Shown one piece after another: positions 12,786 to 28,595 of a stretch of DNA of 64,000 nucleotides. The notes below the pieces were generated by a model. That model worked only from the letters and a program-made list of their open reading frames with translations, was not told the origin of the DNA and ran no database searches. Source of the DNA: Penicillus capitatus (taxonomy: Eukaryota; Plantae; Chlorophyta); the NCBI GenBank assembly GCA_965649825.1, contig OZ287697.1, positions 645,635-709,634 on the forward strand, in the 5' to 3' direction. A program made the position numbers and the translations under genes. Within the stretch, counting starts at the first letter, position 1. Every line of letters starts with the position of its first letter.

Positions 12786-13806
12786 ATGAGTGCATTAAGG
12801 GTCAACAAAGCTGAAGGAATGTCAGGGTCCTATTACCAGGACTTCTTGCGAAAGAAGAAAATGAAAGAGAAGGAGATGACTGAGGCGGCGGAAACGACAA
12901 AGAATCTTGCTAGACAGATACATCAGCTCAAGGCAGATGTCAGACAGCTGAACGAAAAAGTGAGATGCCATGTCCATCCTTCCGTTCCTCGTGTTGAGGC
13001 ATCGGCTAAGGTAGGTCGGGGAGAGACGGATGTCAACATCTGATCCTCATCCGAAAAACATCGCCGAACTGAAGGATGTCGTGGCCGAGAATGCGACACA
13101 GCTGAGAGATATGAGAGACGAGATTTCTCAGCTGCGTACAGAGCTGGACGAAACGGCGGCGAAAAGAGTGACCTGCCCTGCCAAGGAAGCTGTCGAACAG
13201 ATTCGTCAACAGCAGCAGATGTTCAGAGAATCCATGGAAGAACGCTATCGTCACGAATGGATGTCCTTTGAGACCAGGCAGAAGAGATTCATCGAAGCGA
13301 AGATCTCAGAACTGAAAGACGTCCTGATGACCATAGAAAGGTCACAGGTCGGTCGTCATGTCCACGGCAAAGAGAGCCGCCTGTCTGGCAATGGAGATAC
13401 CCCAGCGGCACCTCTGCCCTGTCTAGATGCATCACCAACACAGGACACTGTGATAGAGGGAGAAATGGAAGGCGTCTATCCCAGACGCAAAAACAGCCGA
13501 TTCGCACAAGGTCGTGCCGCGTCATCAACCACACGGTACAGAGCAACGGTCCGCAGTAGATCATACAAGGTTCCTATGTCACACATCCTCACTCTTCTCC
13601 ATCATCATACACAGGATCTTCAATGGCATCCATCTACCCGAGCCACAACGGCGGCGTGTCCATTGCTGTCGCAGTTGCCTCGGGAGGATACACTGGATGG
13701 GCATTGCCTCAAAATGCAAGATCTCTTTGGAGCATTGCATGAGGAGATTCTTAAACTCAAGAAAAGATCGAGCGCTGTTCACAGAGATACACGAAAGCAT
13801 TCCTAA
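12786..13806 (+). CDS. Hypothetical coiled-coil protein
   Basis: Heptad-rich ORFs 12762-13043 and 13030-13806 join in frame through a GT-AG intron (GAAAAA|gtgaga..gtag|GTC). No family recognised. Confidence 0.6.
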
Positions 13807-14879
13807 TGTGCATCTTCGATTCCATGGATGTGTGTCATGATGAATCTTCTCAGCGTTTTGGGATTGAGTGGCTCTGTCTTCATTTCCTGTAAGGCCATCA
13901 GAATATCGGCACAGGTCACCTCGACGCCATCACACCATAAGCCCTCATCCATTCCGTTATCCCTCCGGCGGTGAATCTTGAGATGATAGGGCTGGCCGGA
14001 TGCTTCTGTCTCAGCTGTGTCCGTCTCTTGTGTCCAATGCAGTCGATGAAACTGACACAGCGCTTCGTAAATCATCCGGAGATATCTCGAAGGATTCTCG
14101 AGCGTCAGCACCCTCTACACAACCAAATCACGCAACTGTCACATCAGTCAACGTCTTGTCGAGTGACCTCAGAACGCTGTCGTTTGAATTCCATGAGTTG
14201 CACCTCCACTTCCAACACAACCGTAGGGTTTGCCGATCGCATGAACTTTCTCAGGCGCTGCGAGATACGTTGCCAGGATTTAAGAGCTCCCTTTGCTCCG
14301 TTCTGGACATATGTTCTCTTCTTGGTGTGCGATTCGAGATCGCAGATGAGCTTCTGCTCAGATTCAAGGTCGATATTGCACAGCAGTTCCCATAACGACC
14401 GGTGCCGTTCGCACAGCAGATCGAAGGGCTCTTTCTTTGGGGGGATGTCGCCCCATGGAGGTGGACAGAACTGTGCTTCGATTTGGTCCAACGTCATGGG
14501 ACCTGTCATATCACGCAGCATTCTACGACGACATCATGATCAACTGCTAGCTTCCCAACAGCTTCCGCACCTGTCGTTTACCCAACGCGTCCTGCGCCGA
14601 CTGCCCATCCTTGCAGCAATGGAGAACTCATCCTGTTCGCTATTGTAGCCAGAATTCGATACATGAGACTGTCACATCAGCATCGCTGTCAGAAAGAGTG
14701 AGATGCTCACTCTTCAGTACCTGCTGTTTTTTGAGATGTTCCCAGATTTCGTCTTTGCCTCGAGGGCGACGTTTCTGGCTCTTCTTCTTGCTTTTTTTCT
14801 CGGGAGAGTCCTTCTCGAGCGTCAGGTACTTTGACAGCGGCTGTCCATCGGGCATCAGATAAGGCGCGTGGCCTGGCAT
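13803..14879 (-). CDS. R3H-associated/R3H domain protein (R3HDM4-like)
   Basis: Spliced GSRRRTRWVNDRMLRDM, WELLCNIDLESEQK, WQRISQRLRKFMR and SRYLRMIYEALCQFHRL follow the R3H-assoc plus R3H architecture. Confidence 0.65.
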
Positions 14880-14925
14880 CTTGTCCACGTTGCGTCAACA
14901 ACAGAATCTTGTCGTACATAATACA

Positions 14926-15915
14926 ATGGCATCTTCCGAAGCCGCCGTCTCACGCGAAGGCACCGGGTTCAATTTCGACTATGTCCATCGCAATACGCTA
15001 CTGACGCGACGTGGCGTCCAGCAACCAACGCAGCGATCGACGGGGACGACCCTCGCCGGTCTGATTTTCAAAGCACAGCGAAATGACGCCTATCGATCGT
15101 ATCCCCTTAACCCTGCTTGTTTGTGACTTGTATAGGACGGTGTGGTGTTGGGGGCGGATACCCGAGCCACAGCTGGAACGGTCGTGGCGGATAAGAACAT
15201 CGATAAGCTGAGTTACCTGACGCCCAACATCTACTGCGCAGGGTCTGGCACATCGGCCGACTGTGATCAGGTGACCGATATGGTCTCCTCTGCTCTTACT
15301 CTCCATGCTCTCGATACTGGACGCCAAGTTCGTGTCATTACAGCCGAAACGATCATCAAAAATCACCTCAGAAGGTTCGATCCACACCGCAGAGATTCGG
15401 ATCGGATATTCGGGATAGGTACGGAGGACATGTGAGCGCGGCATTGATCCTCGGCGGCATGGATCTCAATGGACCACATCTCACATCTGTAAGGCGATGT
15501 GCTTGTCCATCGACGAAATCTGATACGACTGTCTGAGATGCTGTAGATTTTTCCCCATGGGTCAACGGATTCGGTGCCCTATGCCACAATGGGATCTGGC
15601 AGCTTGAATGCGATGTCTGTGCTGGAATCGGGATTCGTTGAGAATATGGAAAAGGCGGCGGCGATGGAACTGATCACCCGTGCGATTCGTGCCGGCATCT
15701 ACAACGATTTGGCATCGGGTTCGAATGTCGATCTGGTCATCATCACCAAAGATGGTACCGAAAAAATCCGTTCGCATCAGTACCTCATGGGCAAGACCTA
15801 TGCACGAGCCAATCCACCTCGCTACCCTCCGGGCACTGCAAAAGTGATCAAAGAACAGACCATTGCTCTAAAGGATCTCGTTATTGACGACGGCGATGCT
15901 ATGGACACCAGTTGA
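14926..15915 (+). CDS. PSMB7: 20S proteasome subunit beta2 (PSMB7/PBB)
   Basis: GFNFDY propeptide, TGTT(L)AG, VLGADTRAT, YCAGSGTSAD, YATMGSGS, DLASGSNVD. First intron is GC-AG. Confidence 0.96.
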
Positions 15916-15947
15916 AAACATATCCATTGAATGCGGCGGGCCTTGTT

Positions 15948-17921
15948 CTATGAGTCCGTGGGACGGTTTTTCGAAACAGCTTTCTCGCTCGCAAAAGATA
16001 GTCTCCGTTTGTGTTCCTTCACCTTGAAGTCCAGTACTTGGGTAAAGAGATGTGGCGTGAGAATGGCTTGTTTTGAGCCGTAAACGGCGGCTTGGACACT
16101 TGCCATGCATTTGGCCAGTTCTCGTCCCGAAAATCCATCTGTCTGTTCGGCAGCATCGAACAGCATCTGCTCCGTAATACCTTGCAGTTGGATCCGATCC
16201 GTTCCTACTCTTCTTCTGCCCAAGAGAGCAAAGAACCGGCGTCGAATTGTCGTGCTTATGTCATCTGCATCGGCAGGAGCTTCCATCAAGTACTTCTCCA
16301 GATACACGTGCAGTATCCGCCGTCGTTCCTCCAGACCAGGGAGCGGAAAGAAAAGCGCCTCATCGATTCGATCGATGATCGCCTCATCCAGATCAGAAGG
16401 TCGATTGGTGGCGATGACGACGAGGAAGTCTTTGGATTGATCGCCAGTTCTAAACAGCATGGCATTCAGAGCACCCCTCAATCCCTCGCTCATGAAATCG
16501 CTCCGTCTGCCCAGAAAAGCATCGGCCTCGTCGATGAACAAAAGCAGACCTTTGCTGCTACGCTCTGCCCAGTCAAACACGGCATGCAGTTGCGTCACGG
16601 CACCTCCTGCCAAGGGAGCCACATCTCCACCGCTCATAATGGCATAATCCAAGCCAGATGTACGGGCCAATCTCTTGGCGACCATCGTCTTGCCTGTCCC
16701 CGGAGGTCCTGCAAGACATTTCTGCACTCAGATATCGCTCTTTTGGCAAAAGGAGGGAACCATAGAACAACATGTGACGGTATGGAGCCCCGTGCCGTTT
16801 CGTATTGGCCGTGACGGCAGCCAAGGCCCGAACGTGATCATGAAGTGTCCCTGGGAGAATGATATCTTGAAAATCGCGCTTGAGCTCTTCTACAGATTTC
16901 GCTCCAGATCTCCATCTCCGGAGCTGCCAAGGACGCAGACGGGATGTCTCCCGGATCAGCTTCGGCGTCACCATCCACCTTTCCACAGCTCTGCCCACGA
17001 CGCGGACTCCTTCGCGTGTACTGAAGAACCCCAGGAGCAAAAGACTCGTCATGGCCGTCGTTCGAAAGAGCAGATCGGTATCGCTGACCAAGGCCAATGC
17101 TCCTTGGCCTAACTGCGAAAATGTACTGCCTATTGCCTGGAGCACCAATTTCGTTTGCTCCTGATACTGCAGCATCATAATCCGACGGTTAACATCTTCA
17201 TTCTCTCTCTGTTCTTTGATTCTGCCCTCTGCCTCAGCTAGGGCCTTCTCCCTCTGCACCTGCTTTTCCAGGTCAGCCTTGTATTGATCGGCCGCCCGGC
17301 GCTCGGCCTGGATCTGCTGTTCAATGATGAGGCGTTCGCGTTCCTTGGATTTGGCCGATTCTTCCTGTAAATGCACCAGCTCGGCGTTGCGCCTTCTCTG
17401 CATTTCGTGCTCCGTCTGTTGTCGTTGCTTTGCGAGCTCGTCTTCGTATCTCTTGAGTTCTGCATTCTGTGACGCCATCTCTCTTTGACTCTTCCTCTGT
17501 TCTTCCCATTTCACAGCCTCATGTTGCTAAACACAGATCTGTGGCCATCCTGTACGTCCCTTGTCAAAGAGGGACTACTTTGGCATAGAGATTGGACTGT
17601 GCCATGTATTCCGCCTCTTTCGCTTTGGCCTGTTGCCCTTTCGATATCTCCTGCTGCTTCAGGATTTCATACGCCTTTGGCATCACTCCTCTGATCAAAT
17701 CCGACGAAGGTGTGAGAAAAGAGTGAGACTTGTTTGGCGTTGGGTCTCTCATTGATCTCTCGGAAAACCTTGGCGGCGCGTTCGAGGGGTTCTGGATCCC
17801 AATAAGGGCCTTCCTTCTCGCACATCGTGGCGGCCCTCTGCGTCATCAACGCCGCCACCGTTACGGCAGCGCCGCCGAGACAGGATGCACTCCATTGCCA
17901 GCGCATTGAAGTCAGAAACAT
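15948..17921 (-). CDS. ATAD3: ATAD3 mitochondrial AAA+ ATPase
   Basis: DPEPLERAAK N-terminus, coiled coil, PKLIRETSR, GPPGTGKT, LLFIDEAD, LVVIATNRP, FSGRELAK. Confidence 0.95.
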
Positions 17922-17940
17922 CTCATAGATGCATCTCAAT

Positions 17941-17956
17941 CATCATCATCATCATC

Positions 17957-17958
<2 letters not shown>
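17941..17958 (+). repeat. (CAT)6 microsatellite between the divergent ATAD3 and CysRS start codons
   Basis: catcatcatcatcatcat running directly into the CysRS ATG. Confidence 0.9.
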
Positions 17959-20712
<2,754 letters not shown>

Positions 20713-20862
20713 ATGCTTCATGCACGAACGCACGCGACATACACACGCACATTAAAGCGTGTTTACATGAATGGTCTCATTCTGTGGTCTGGTCGTCTCT
20801 GTACTCGGTGCTCGTTCGTCGCTTGTCGTCTGCTTTGAATAAGTTACTGTTTGCTGTACAAT

Positions 20863-22630
20863 ATGTTCGACATTAAGCTGCTCGCTGTCGCCTGCGCTGC
20901 CTTCTTTTTAGTTTGGAGAGTTTTTAAGAGAAAAAAGCACGTACGCACGCCTTCTCGTCAAGAGCCCTTTGAAGGGTGTCGCTGGCAGGATGTTGAGAAG
21001 GACGAGGACCTTTTTATGAAGGAACCTCATGATATCCTCCTGTCTCTGTTCGCAAACGAATCTGTTGTCTCTGCAAAACTAAGAGCATCACACACGCAGA
21101 ACGCCGTCGGACCTATATTCTCACACACCTCATACAGAGAAGGTCACACTTTGTGTTCCTGATTAGGTCACCGTCGGTCGCATGCCCTTTAATGTGCTTC
21201 CCATTTCGAATCCGATGATCTCGGGCGAACATGCAATTATCAAATGGAATGCCAACGAGAATTGCTGGAAATTGGTGCGTGACGCATGATGTGTGAGAAA
21301 GTGTGAGATGATATCATTCATCTGTGTCTGTTATAGAAAGATGTTGGCAGCATGAACGGCACACGTTTGAATGACGTGGTGATCAGTAGCGAGCACAGGA
21401 GGCCGAGCGATGAGCACGCTTTAAGACATGGCGATGTCATTGCATTTGCTGAAGATATCAAAGTCGAGGTCGCACTAACAAGACCAGAATTAATGCCTGG
21501 AGCTGAGCAGTCTTGGCATCGTCGTCGTTCAAACACAGCATCTCTTCTGAGAGTGGCACCGCGGAAAGGATTGATCAATGTGCAAATGCCTTTAGAGATA
21601 TCCAGGAATATAACGGCTCGAGATCATCAAACGTCTATTCCGATATCATATGCGCCAAATGCTGAACAGGTGGAGTACTATAGCGCCGTTCTGGATGCAG
21701 AGTTTGCTGTTCTGACACAAGTGTGATCCGATCTGCCAAAGTTTGAGTGAGATACTGAATGCTGTCTGTGTGTTTGCTTGTGGAATCGCAGGTGGGCATG
21801 GAGCATGCTTCCCAGGGACGTCCTTCTGAAGACGTCGCATTCTGGAATGCACCGTTTGCCAATTTTATTCACTCTGGCATTTTTGGAGTCTGCGATGGAC
21901 ACCTTGGCTCCGATGCTTCCATGGCCATTCCCCAAATATTCCCTTCTGTTCTATCAAACCAAATAAATGACTCATCAAACTCATTATTTTCATCTTCGAG
22001 CTGTTCGCCTTTTCTACATGCTGCATTTTTGGAAGTGGATTCTCAGCTTAATACAGATGCAGGATCAACGGCAACAGTCCTCCTTGCAGAGAAAACGCGC
22101 CACGGAGAAGTGTACATTCAGGCGGCAAACGTAGGCGATTCTTCAGGCATCCTGATCAATGCAAACACGTATGCCTGCCTGTCTCTTTCTCACTTATATC
22201 TCACTCTTTTTGTTTGCTCTATAGTGGCCATGTGACGTCACTGACTGCGGATCACCGAGTTGCCAATGAAAAGGAGCGACAACGACTTCAGCAACTTGGA
22301 AACCCAGTGACTAAGAACAGTACACGACTGTATATGTTGAATCTGGCTAGAGCGATGGGAGACACAAATCTCAAAAAAATCAACACGGCACTGATCGCTG
22401 AACCCTATATTTCTCCTGTTATTCGACTTCCTGCGAATAAATCTCAGCTGATTGTGATAGCATCGGACGGATTGTGGGAATGTGTGGGGCCACAAGAAGT
22501 GGCCACACTTGCTGTCCAGGCAGTTCAGAATTGGGAAGGGCTTAGGGCATTTGGAAATGCCTTAATAAAACTAGCAACTCAAGAAAGAGGGGCTACAGAT
22601 GATATTAGCATCTTCTTGACTAGAATCTAA
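20863..22630 (+). CDS. N-terminal TM anchor + FHA + PP2C phosphatase (KAPP-like)
   Basis: Hydrophobic N-terminus; FHA VTVGR..ISGEHA..DVGSMNGT; PP2C GVCDGHLG, ANVGDS, LARAMGD, IASDGLWE, DDISI. First intron boundary unresolved. Confidence 0.88.
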
Positions 22631-23007
22631 TTTAATGGACCGATTCACAAATGGGAATAAGGTATATGAAATATCTCACTTCTCACACTTTCTCTATCAT
22701 TCCAGTGAATTCCACACGCGCTGTCGTGTTAAGGCGTAGCGCTCGCGATAATGCGCTCATCTACCTACACTTGTGTCGATCTCCAGGTGACAGGTCGTAG
22801 GTTCTCTATACCTTCCTATCCACAAATAGACCCGCGGCTCTACGTCACAGATTCCAAGTAGATTCCGGATCTTTGCAGAATATTCCTTTTTGTTACTAAA
22901 AATAAAGTACCCTATAAAAGCGTTGTAGATGTACAGAACTTGTCTTTCGTTTGTAAGACTTTACGTTTCACAGGTCTACGTGCGCCCACCTTTAAAATTG
23001 TTTCCAT

Positions 23008-23690
23008 CTAAAAACCTACGCGACAGCGCTCCACGTGACGCACGTAATCTGATAACCCATAAACAGGTGGCACAAAATGACAGCCTGGAAAGCAATAATG
23101 TTACCCTGGAAAGATGGATCGGACAGGTAGGTCTGGTCAGGACAAGAAATGTGTGACTGCCTGCGAAAAGAGTGACCAGAATCGTGACCTGGATCATTGC
23201 GGCGATGTCGGCATCGCGATCTGCTTCGTTGCGAGGTGGTTCCATATCTGTCACATGGGTAACGCCTTTTGCTTTGCCTTTTGACTGACAAGAATAACAC
23301 AACGTCGCCAAATTGTGTGAGATTATGTGTGAGAGTGATACCTCTAAGTACAGCTGAAAGTCACGACTGTCCGATGAGCCTTCGAACCGAAAGAGAAAGA
23401 ACCCCGAGGCCTCGAATGCAGATCATTCGACATTCTACTCAGTCGTCGTGTACTTGATAGAGGACAACGACGAGCGAACCGTCGGGCAACTGCCAGAGAT
23501 CGATGTCGTCACGGGCGATGTCCATAGATACAAGGCACTGCTCATCGATCTCAAGGACGATCGCGTTGTCTTTGGTCGTTTTGAGAAAGCCGCTGCCATC
23601 GCTCTTCATCAAGAACGCCTTCTTTTGATCAGCACCCTCCACGGCCATCGCAATAGATCCTGGCCAACGGTATTGCTCCTCGTCGCTCAT
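23008..23690 (-). CDS. Probable REC114/PHS1-like meiotic double-strand-break factor (about 160 aa, 4 introns)
   Basis: Manual splicing gives a beta-rich N-terminal region (RWPGSI..FFLFRFEGS) and C-terminal ADIAAMIQTYLSDPSFQDYVRHVER, resembling the REC114/PHS1 terminal helix motif. One acceptor is an atypical GAG. Confidence 0.55.
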
Positions 23691-23753
23691 TCGAATCCTC
23701 AAACCGTCACATCGCAGATCGTCTCCGAACGTACCAACACTCTTTCCATCGAC

Positions 23754-24546
23754 ATGTCGCAGAGCATCCAGCCATCTCTGGCGTTGGATCGTTCGACGGG
23801 GTATCTCCGCCGTCACACGACATCGGCACAGTGGTGCTCCTCTGGGCGGGATGCCGTGGTTCGGTGCTCCGCTTCGAGACGAGCCGTCCTTTTCGGGAGT
23901 GCCCTTGTCGGCTGGAGTCTCACCGAGGCGACTTCCCCTGCATTTGCTGCCAAACTGCCAAAAGGCTTTACCATCATACAAGACAAAGCAGATGGTTACC
24001 AATACCTCGCACCCTTTGGTTGGCAAGAAGTCGATGTGGAAGGCGTCGATTCACTCTACAAAGTAGATATCCATTCACCAAACGCAGTCCCTCCTTGATT
24101 CCATCAACACTGTCGTCAGGATTTGATCGAGCCGTTGGAAAGCGTCAGTGTGAGTCTGCTGCCGACAGAAAAGACCTCCATTACCGAGTTTGGTCCGATA
24201 AATGAAGTGGCGTACAATTTGGCAGATAAAGTACTGACGCCTCCGGATCAGTCTGTCAAGATTCTGGACACTTCGGAAAGGACGGTGCAGGACATTCAAT
24301 ACTACTCTTTCGAATTCGAGACGGCCGCACCGAACTATACCCGTCACGCGCTAGGTGTTGTGGCGGTTGGTAAGTACTGGCTGATGTGACAGATGAGAGA
24401 TGCATGATGGATCCTGTGTGATGTCTAGCTAACGGAAATTTCTACGCCTTGACGACGGGATCGAGCAAACGGCGGTGGCCCAGAGTGGAGGCACGACTAA
24501 GAACCGTCATCAAGTCTTTTCAAGTGGTGGATCCCATTGTGACCTA
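23754..24546 (+). CDS. PPL1: PsbP-like protein 1, thylakoid lumen
   Basis: RR..AFA Tat-type signal, DGYQYLAPFGWQEV, IEPLESVSV, YYSFEF..YTRHALG, FYALTTGS..RW. Confidence 0.93.
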
Positions 24547-24784
24547 GACTCTTGTCTCGGTGTCTTGTCGGCATCAACGTTTTTGAGTTTTGTTACCCAT
24601 TCTTGACAGACACGCCGAGATTTCTGTCATGATGTGACGTTTCGTACGAGAATGCGAAGACAATCGATGGAATGAAGGGCAACGGTAACGCTTCATCCAC
24701 GCGGACGTTTTCCTACGGAGCATGACCTTGTCGACATCGTGCACGTATTCGACTGGATCGCTTAATCGAACACGTCGAAGAGGT

Positions 24785-25428
24785 ATGGGTCCCAAGGCAG
24801 CGGACATCGCTAATTCTGTCGTGCTTCGTGCAGAACCACAGACGACGCTGCGAAGAACGACGACATACCAAGTACTACATATGGTTCGGTGATGAGAAGT
24901 CACATCAAATGTGTGATATCTCTTAGCGATGCTGTTTGGTAAAGTGTCAGTCAGATCCAAGTTTGCAGAGGCCAAAGAATCCAACACCACCTCTGCAACG
25001 ACCCACTCTTCGAGAATCGCCGCCAGCTGAAGTCCAGGAAGACGAAACGGATTTAGGAGAAGCGTTCGTCGAATCTGAGAAGTATAGCGACTGTGGTATG
25101 TCACTCTTTGCTCGAAACATGGCGGTGCGCAGGGGACCGACGATCGAGTTTCAGAGACGTCAAGCAGTCGCCATGCGGAAGTACTTTGAGAGCATCAAGT
25201 TCAAAGAGACCACCGAACAACCGTGCTCTCTCATTTTGTGTGAGAAAAGAGTGATTCGTGGTGTGTAGTATTTTTGGCTGGACGCCGAATAATGAGATCG
25301 GAAACGGCCGTTGGGTGATGTTCGGCCTGTTGGTCGGATTGTTGACAGAGTACGCAACAGGCGTCAATATCGTGGATCAGATCAAACTTATGATCAGCAA
25401 CTTAGGCATTGCCGATATCTATGACTAG
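24785..25428 (+). CDS. OHP2: One-helix protein 2 (LHC-like)
   Basis: TIEFQRRQA..YF and spliced IFGWTPNNEIGNGRWVMFGLLVGLLTEYATGVNIVDQIKLMISNLG. Confidence 0.93.
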
Positions 25429-25533
25429 AAAGAGTGAGAAATTCAACATGACGGATCATGCAGATGATCCTTTGCTGCTCTCAGCAACAGCATTTTTAAA
25501 CATTTCTTCATTCTTTTCCCAACGCCTCTTTGT

Positions 25534-26204
25534 CTAATACGTTGGCACCGAGTCATCGACTGTTCTGGAGAACGCATCGATGCCGCCCGTTACGTTAAAG
25601 ACGTGATCGAAGCCGTGTTCAAGGAGATGATAGGCTGCTCTCTTGGAGCGTACCCCGTGATGACAGAGCAGAACAGCTGGCTTGTTGACATCGAGGTCCA
25701 TGCCGGAACTGCCGAGAAGGGTGCCGAGCGGCACGGTCTTGAAAAGAGGGAGAGAAGCTATCTCCACTTCCCACGGCTCTCGGACATCGACAAATTGATA
25801 CGTGTTCTGCAAAGAATTGCTGAGAATTCCTACATGTTCGAAATTGAGGGGTACCGTGGCCGTTGAAGATTTTAGGATCTTCGATAGCTCCTGCACCGAA
25901 AGTTCTTCGTATGAACCTCTGAGAACAGCAAGGCGTTTAGGAGAAACGGCGTTGCGTCAGATCTGCTCGGATGTTACGTTTGGGTATCATCCTGAGATAG
26001 ACAGCCGAATCGTTGGTGCCTCGGATCGCGCCATTTCAGCAACGGTAATGTCATGCGGCCTTCCAGTTGTCTTTTCGAAGCGCGTGTTGCTCGAGAAACG
26101 GATCGGAGTCGCGCAGTACCGTCGTCTCGCCATTTCGTACAGAGAAACGCGGCTTGTCCGCCGACGACGCGTCGCAACGTCGTCGCTGCAGGAATCGACA
26201 ACAT
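25534..26204 (-). CDS. Single-domain rhodanese/sulfurtransferase with transit peptide
   Basis: FVDVREPWE..IASL, CHHGVRS (catalytic Cys), NVTGGIDAFS..VDDSVPTY. Confidence 0.9.
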
Positions 26205-26317
26205 CGCAGACAACGATCGTGAATGTTGACATCGCCTGCCCGTTGGACATGACGTTTTCGTCCATCTCTCCGTCTGCCTTCATCCAACGCCATCGCCTCT
26301 CGGCACTTTCGCAGAGA

Positions 26318-27317
26318 ATGAAGACGCTCTTCGCTTGGGATTTCGACTGGACGCTTGTCAATGAAAACAGCGACCCGTGGGTCATCACAAAACTCGGCGC
26401 CGATGACATCTTTGAAGAGTCCATCCAGCCCATATCTGACCTCACTGACAAACACTCTGTTTATCAAGGGTGATGCAACAGAAGGATGAGATTGGATGGA
26501 CAGGCGTTATGGATCGAACATTTCAGAGAGCGCACGTAATTCTTGGCTACCAGGAGAAAGATATCAAAGAGGCGTGTGCTTCAGTACCAATAGATGCCGC
26601 TCTCCTTCAGGCGAGTGATCTGAAACGATGGCAATTGCCATGAGCGTTGTTTAGTTTGTGAAAGGGATGAAGACACAGCGTCCGGATATAGATTCGGTCA
26701 TCATCAGCGACGCCAATTCTGTTTTCATCGAAAACATTCTGCATTGTTACGATTGCAGCGTTCAGTATCACACCGAGCTATCTCGCTGACATGCAGAACA
26801 TCCTGACACGACAGGACTGCTTCGCGGAGGTCTACACAAACCCGGGATACTATGACGCAACGGGAGCGCTAAGAGTGTCACCATATTGTGAGACACCACA
26901 CAACTGTCCTCTCTGTCCCCGCAATCTATGCAAAGGAGTCGTGCGTACCTCGCCGTCAAGAGATACGACTAAGTGTGTTCCCCACAGGTGTTGGATGCAT
27001 TGAGGTTAGGCTATGATCGAGTGGTCTACATTGGCGATGGAGGCGGCGATTTCTGTCCCTGCACGCGTCTCTTGGCATCCGATGTCGCCTTTGCTCGTCG
27101 TCGTTACCCAAAATCGGACAAAGTGGCCCCTCTGTTGGCAAAGATCCAAAAAAGTGGACGATTCATCATAGAACAGCAGAACCGCCTGCCACAAGGACCG
27201 TCTTACACACAAAATGGTCGAGTCCATGATGTCGACCGTCGACCGTTTGTCTTTGTTTGGAACGACCCAACAGAGTTGGCATTTCTCCTGGAGACGTTCG
27301 TTGACACCAGCATTTAA
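26318..27317 (+). CDS. HAD phosphatase, PHOSPHO1/2-PPsPase family
   Basis: AWDFDWT, IISDANSVFIE, CPLCPRNLCKG, VYIGDGGGDFCP. One GC-AG intron. Confidence 0.92.
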
Positions 27318-27430
27318 TCAAATGCTTCACATCTAATGCCTCTACACATATCGAAAACGGACGAAGAGCAGAAAGAACGAAACACATCCAACGATCTTCT
27401 TCTCGTCTCTCTCCTCACAGTAAGCAGACT

Positions 27431-28518
27431 TCATGTTTGCTCTGCTTTTGGTGGACACGTTTTGAGCATTGACTGAACAACGGACAGGATAAAGTACAGA
27501 CGGACCCAACTGAATCGCTGCACGAAATAATTTCCATCATCGAGACGACACCAGGCACTCGGAATCGGATTCCGTTGGACAGAAGAGAGCTGAGCGAACA
27601 GAACGGGCAAACGGAAGACAGGAGGATCTCGGAAGATGATGTTGTCCACCGAATGCTCGTAGATCATTCCATGCCTGATACCAAACAGTCCTTCAAAAGT
27701 GCAAAAATCTCAACAGGGCGATCTGCACCTGTCCAGTCTGTACTCGGACACGCCATCGAATACGCTTTGGGATTCCCACGGAATTCTGGGAACAGCGTGG
27801 ATGGACCAACGAACACGGATGACGCCTTCTGTCCGTGGCCAGAAACTGTGAATGCGTACATAGACGCCTTTGAAGAAGATCCGGCCATGCCATCTGAGAG
27901 AGCGCAGCATATACTTGTAGAAGCGAATCCCTAAACCCATCATTCCATCTCGGTGACCTCTATCATCTCAGGCATTATGGTTCTTGCCTTGAAAGGAGTT
28001 GACAGGATCTCGGAAAACCAAGTCCTTACGGTAGATGCTATCTACACAGAGGTGTGAGAGAAAGAGTGAGAAATGAGAGAGATACAATCGAACTCTCGAT
28101 GAAAGAGATGTGGAAAATCGTCCTTGATCGTTTCGATCGCTCGGCCGAAATTCACATAGTAATCATCTGGCTGCGTCTCGCTCTTCTCTCTGGGTTCCGT
28201 CGATATCATGGGGTCGCGTTTTTCCACGACCTTCAGTTCGTAGACGGTAGGGAAAGCGTAGAGACTGTCCAAGTAGCGCTGGAGTGTCCAAAGAGGCGTC
28301 TCTTCGTCGACGCCGGAACGCCAAGAGGCCAATTCGAGAGCATCAAACCACGGACGCCGCTGTGTCGCGGCTTTATCAGTCATTGGTTTGGCTGAGAGCT
28401 GCGAGATACGTCGCCGAAGCGACATGGAACGTATCCGAGACGAGAGCGTCGGATACCATGACGGTGTTGCTATGCTCTTGGATGTATCGCATATCCTCGG
28501 GCAGCTGTAGCAACTCAT
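27431..28518 (-). CDS. DUF2358 (SnoaL-like) protein, probably plastid-targeted
   Basis: YYVNFGRAIETIKDDFPHLF, LRWHGRIFF, VRWSIHAVPRIPWES..FDGVSEY, IYEHSVDN. Confidence 0.88.
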
Positions 28519-28595
28519 CGCACAAGACACAAATGCAACGTCGATGCGCGAATATGTGATGTGACAGGCAGGCAGTTATCGAAGGCTCGGTGAGA

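Noticed and set aside
16092-16814. 240-aa plus-strand ORF
   Set aside because: Antisense shadow of the ATAD3 AAA domain.
23439-24098. Long overlapping ORFs on both strands suggesting a true coding overlap
   Set aside because: Explained by two divergent genes starting at 23690 (-) and 23754 (+). The ORF extensions are upstream run-through.
27575-27934. 119-aa plus-strand ORF
   Set aside because: Antisense to DUF2358 exons.
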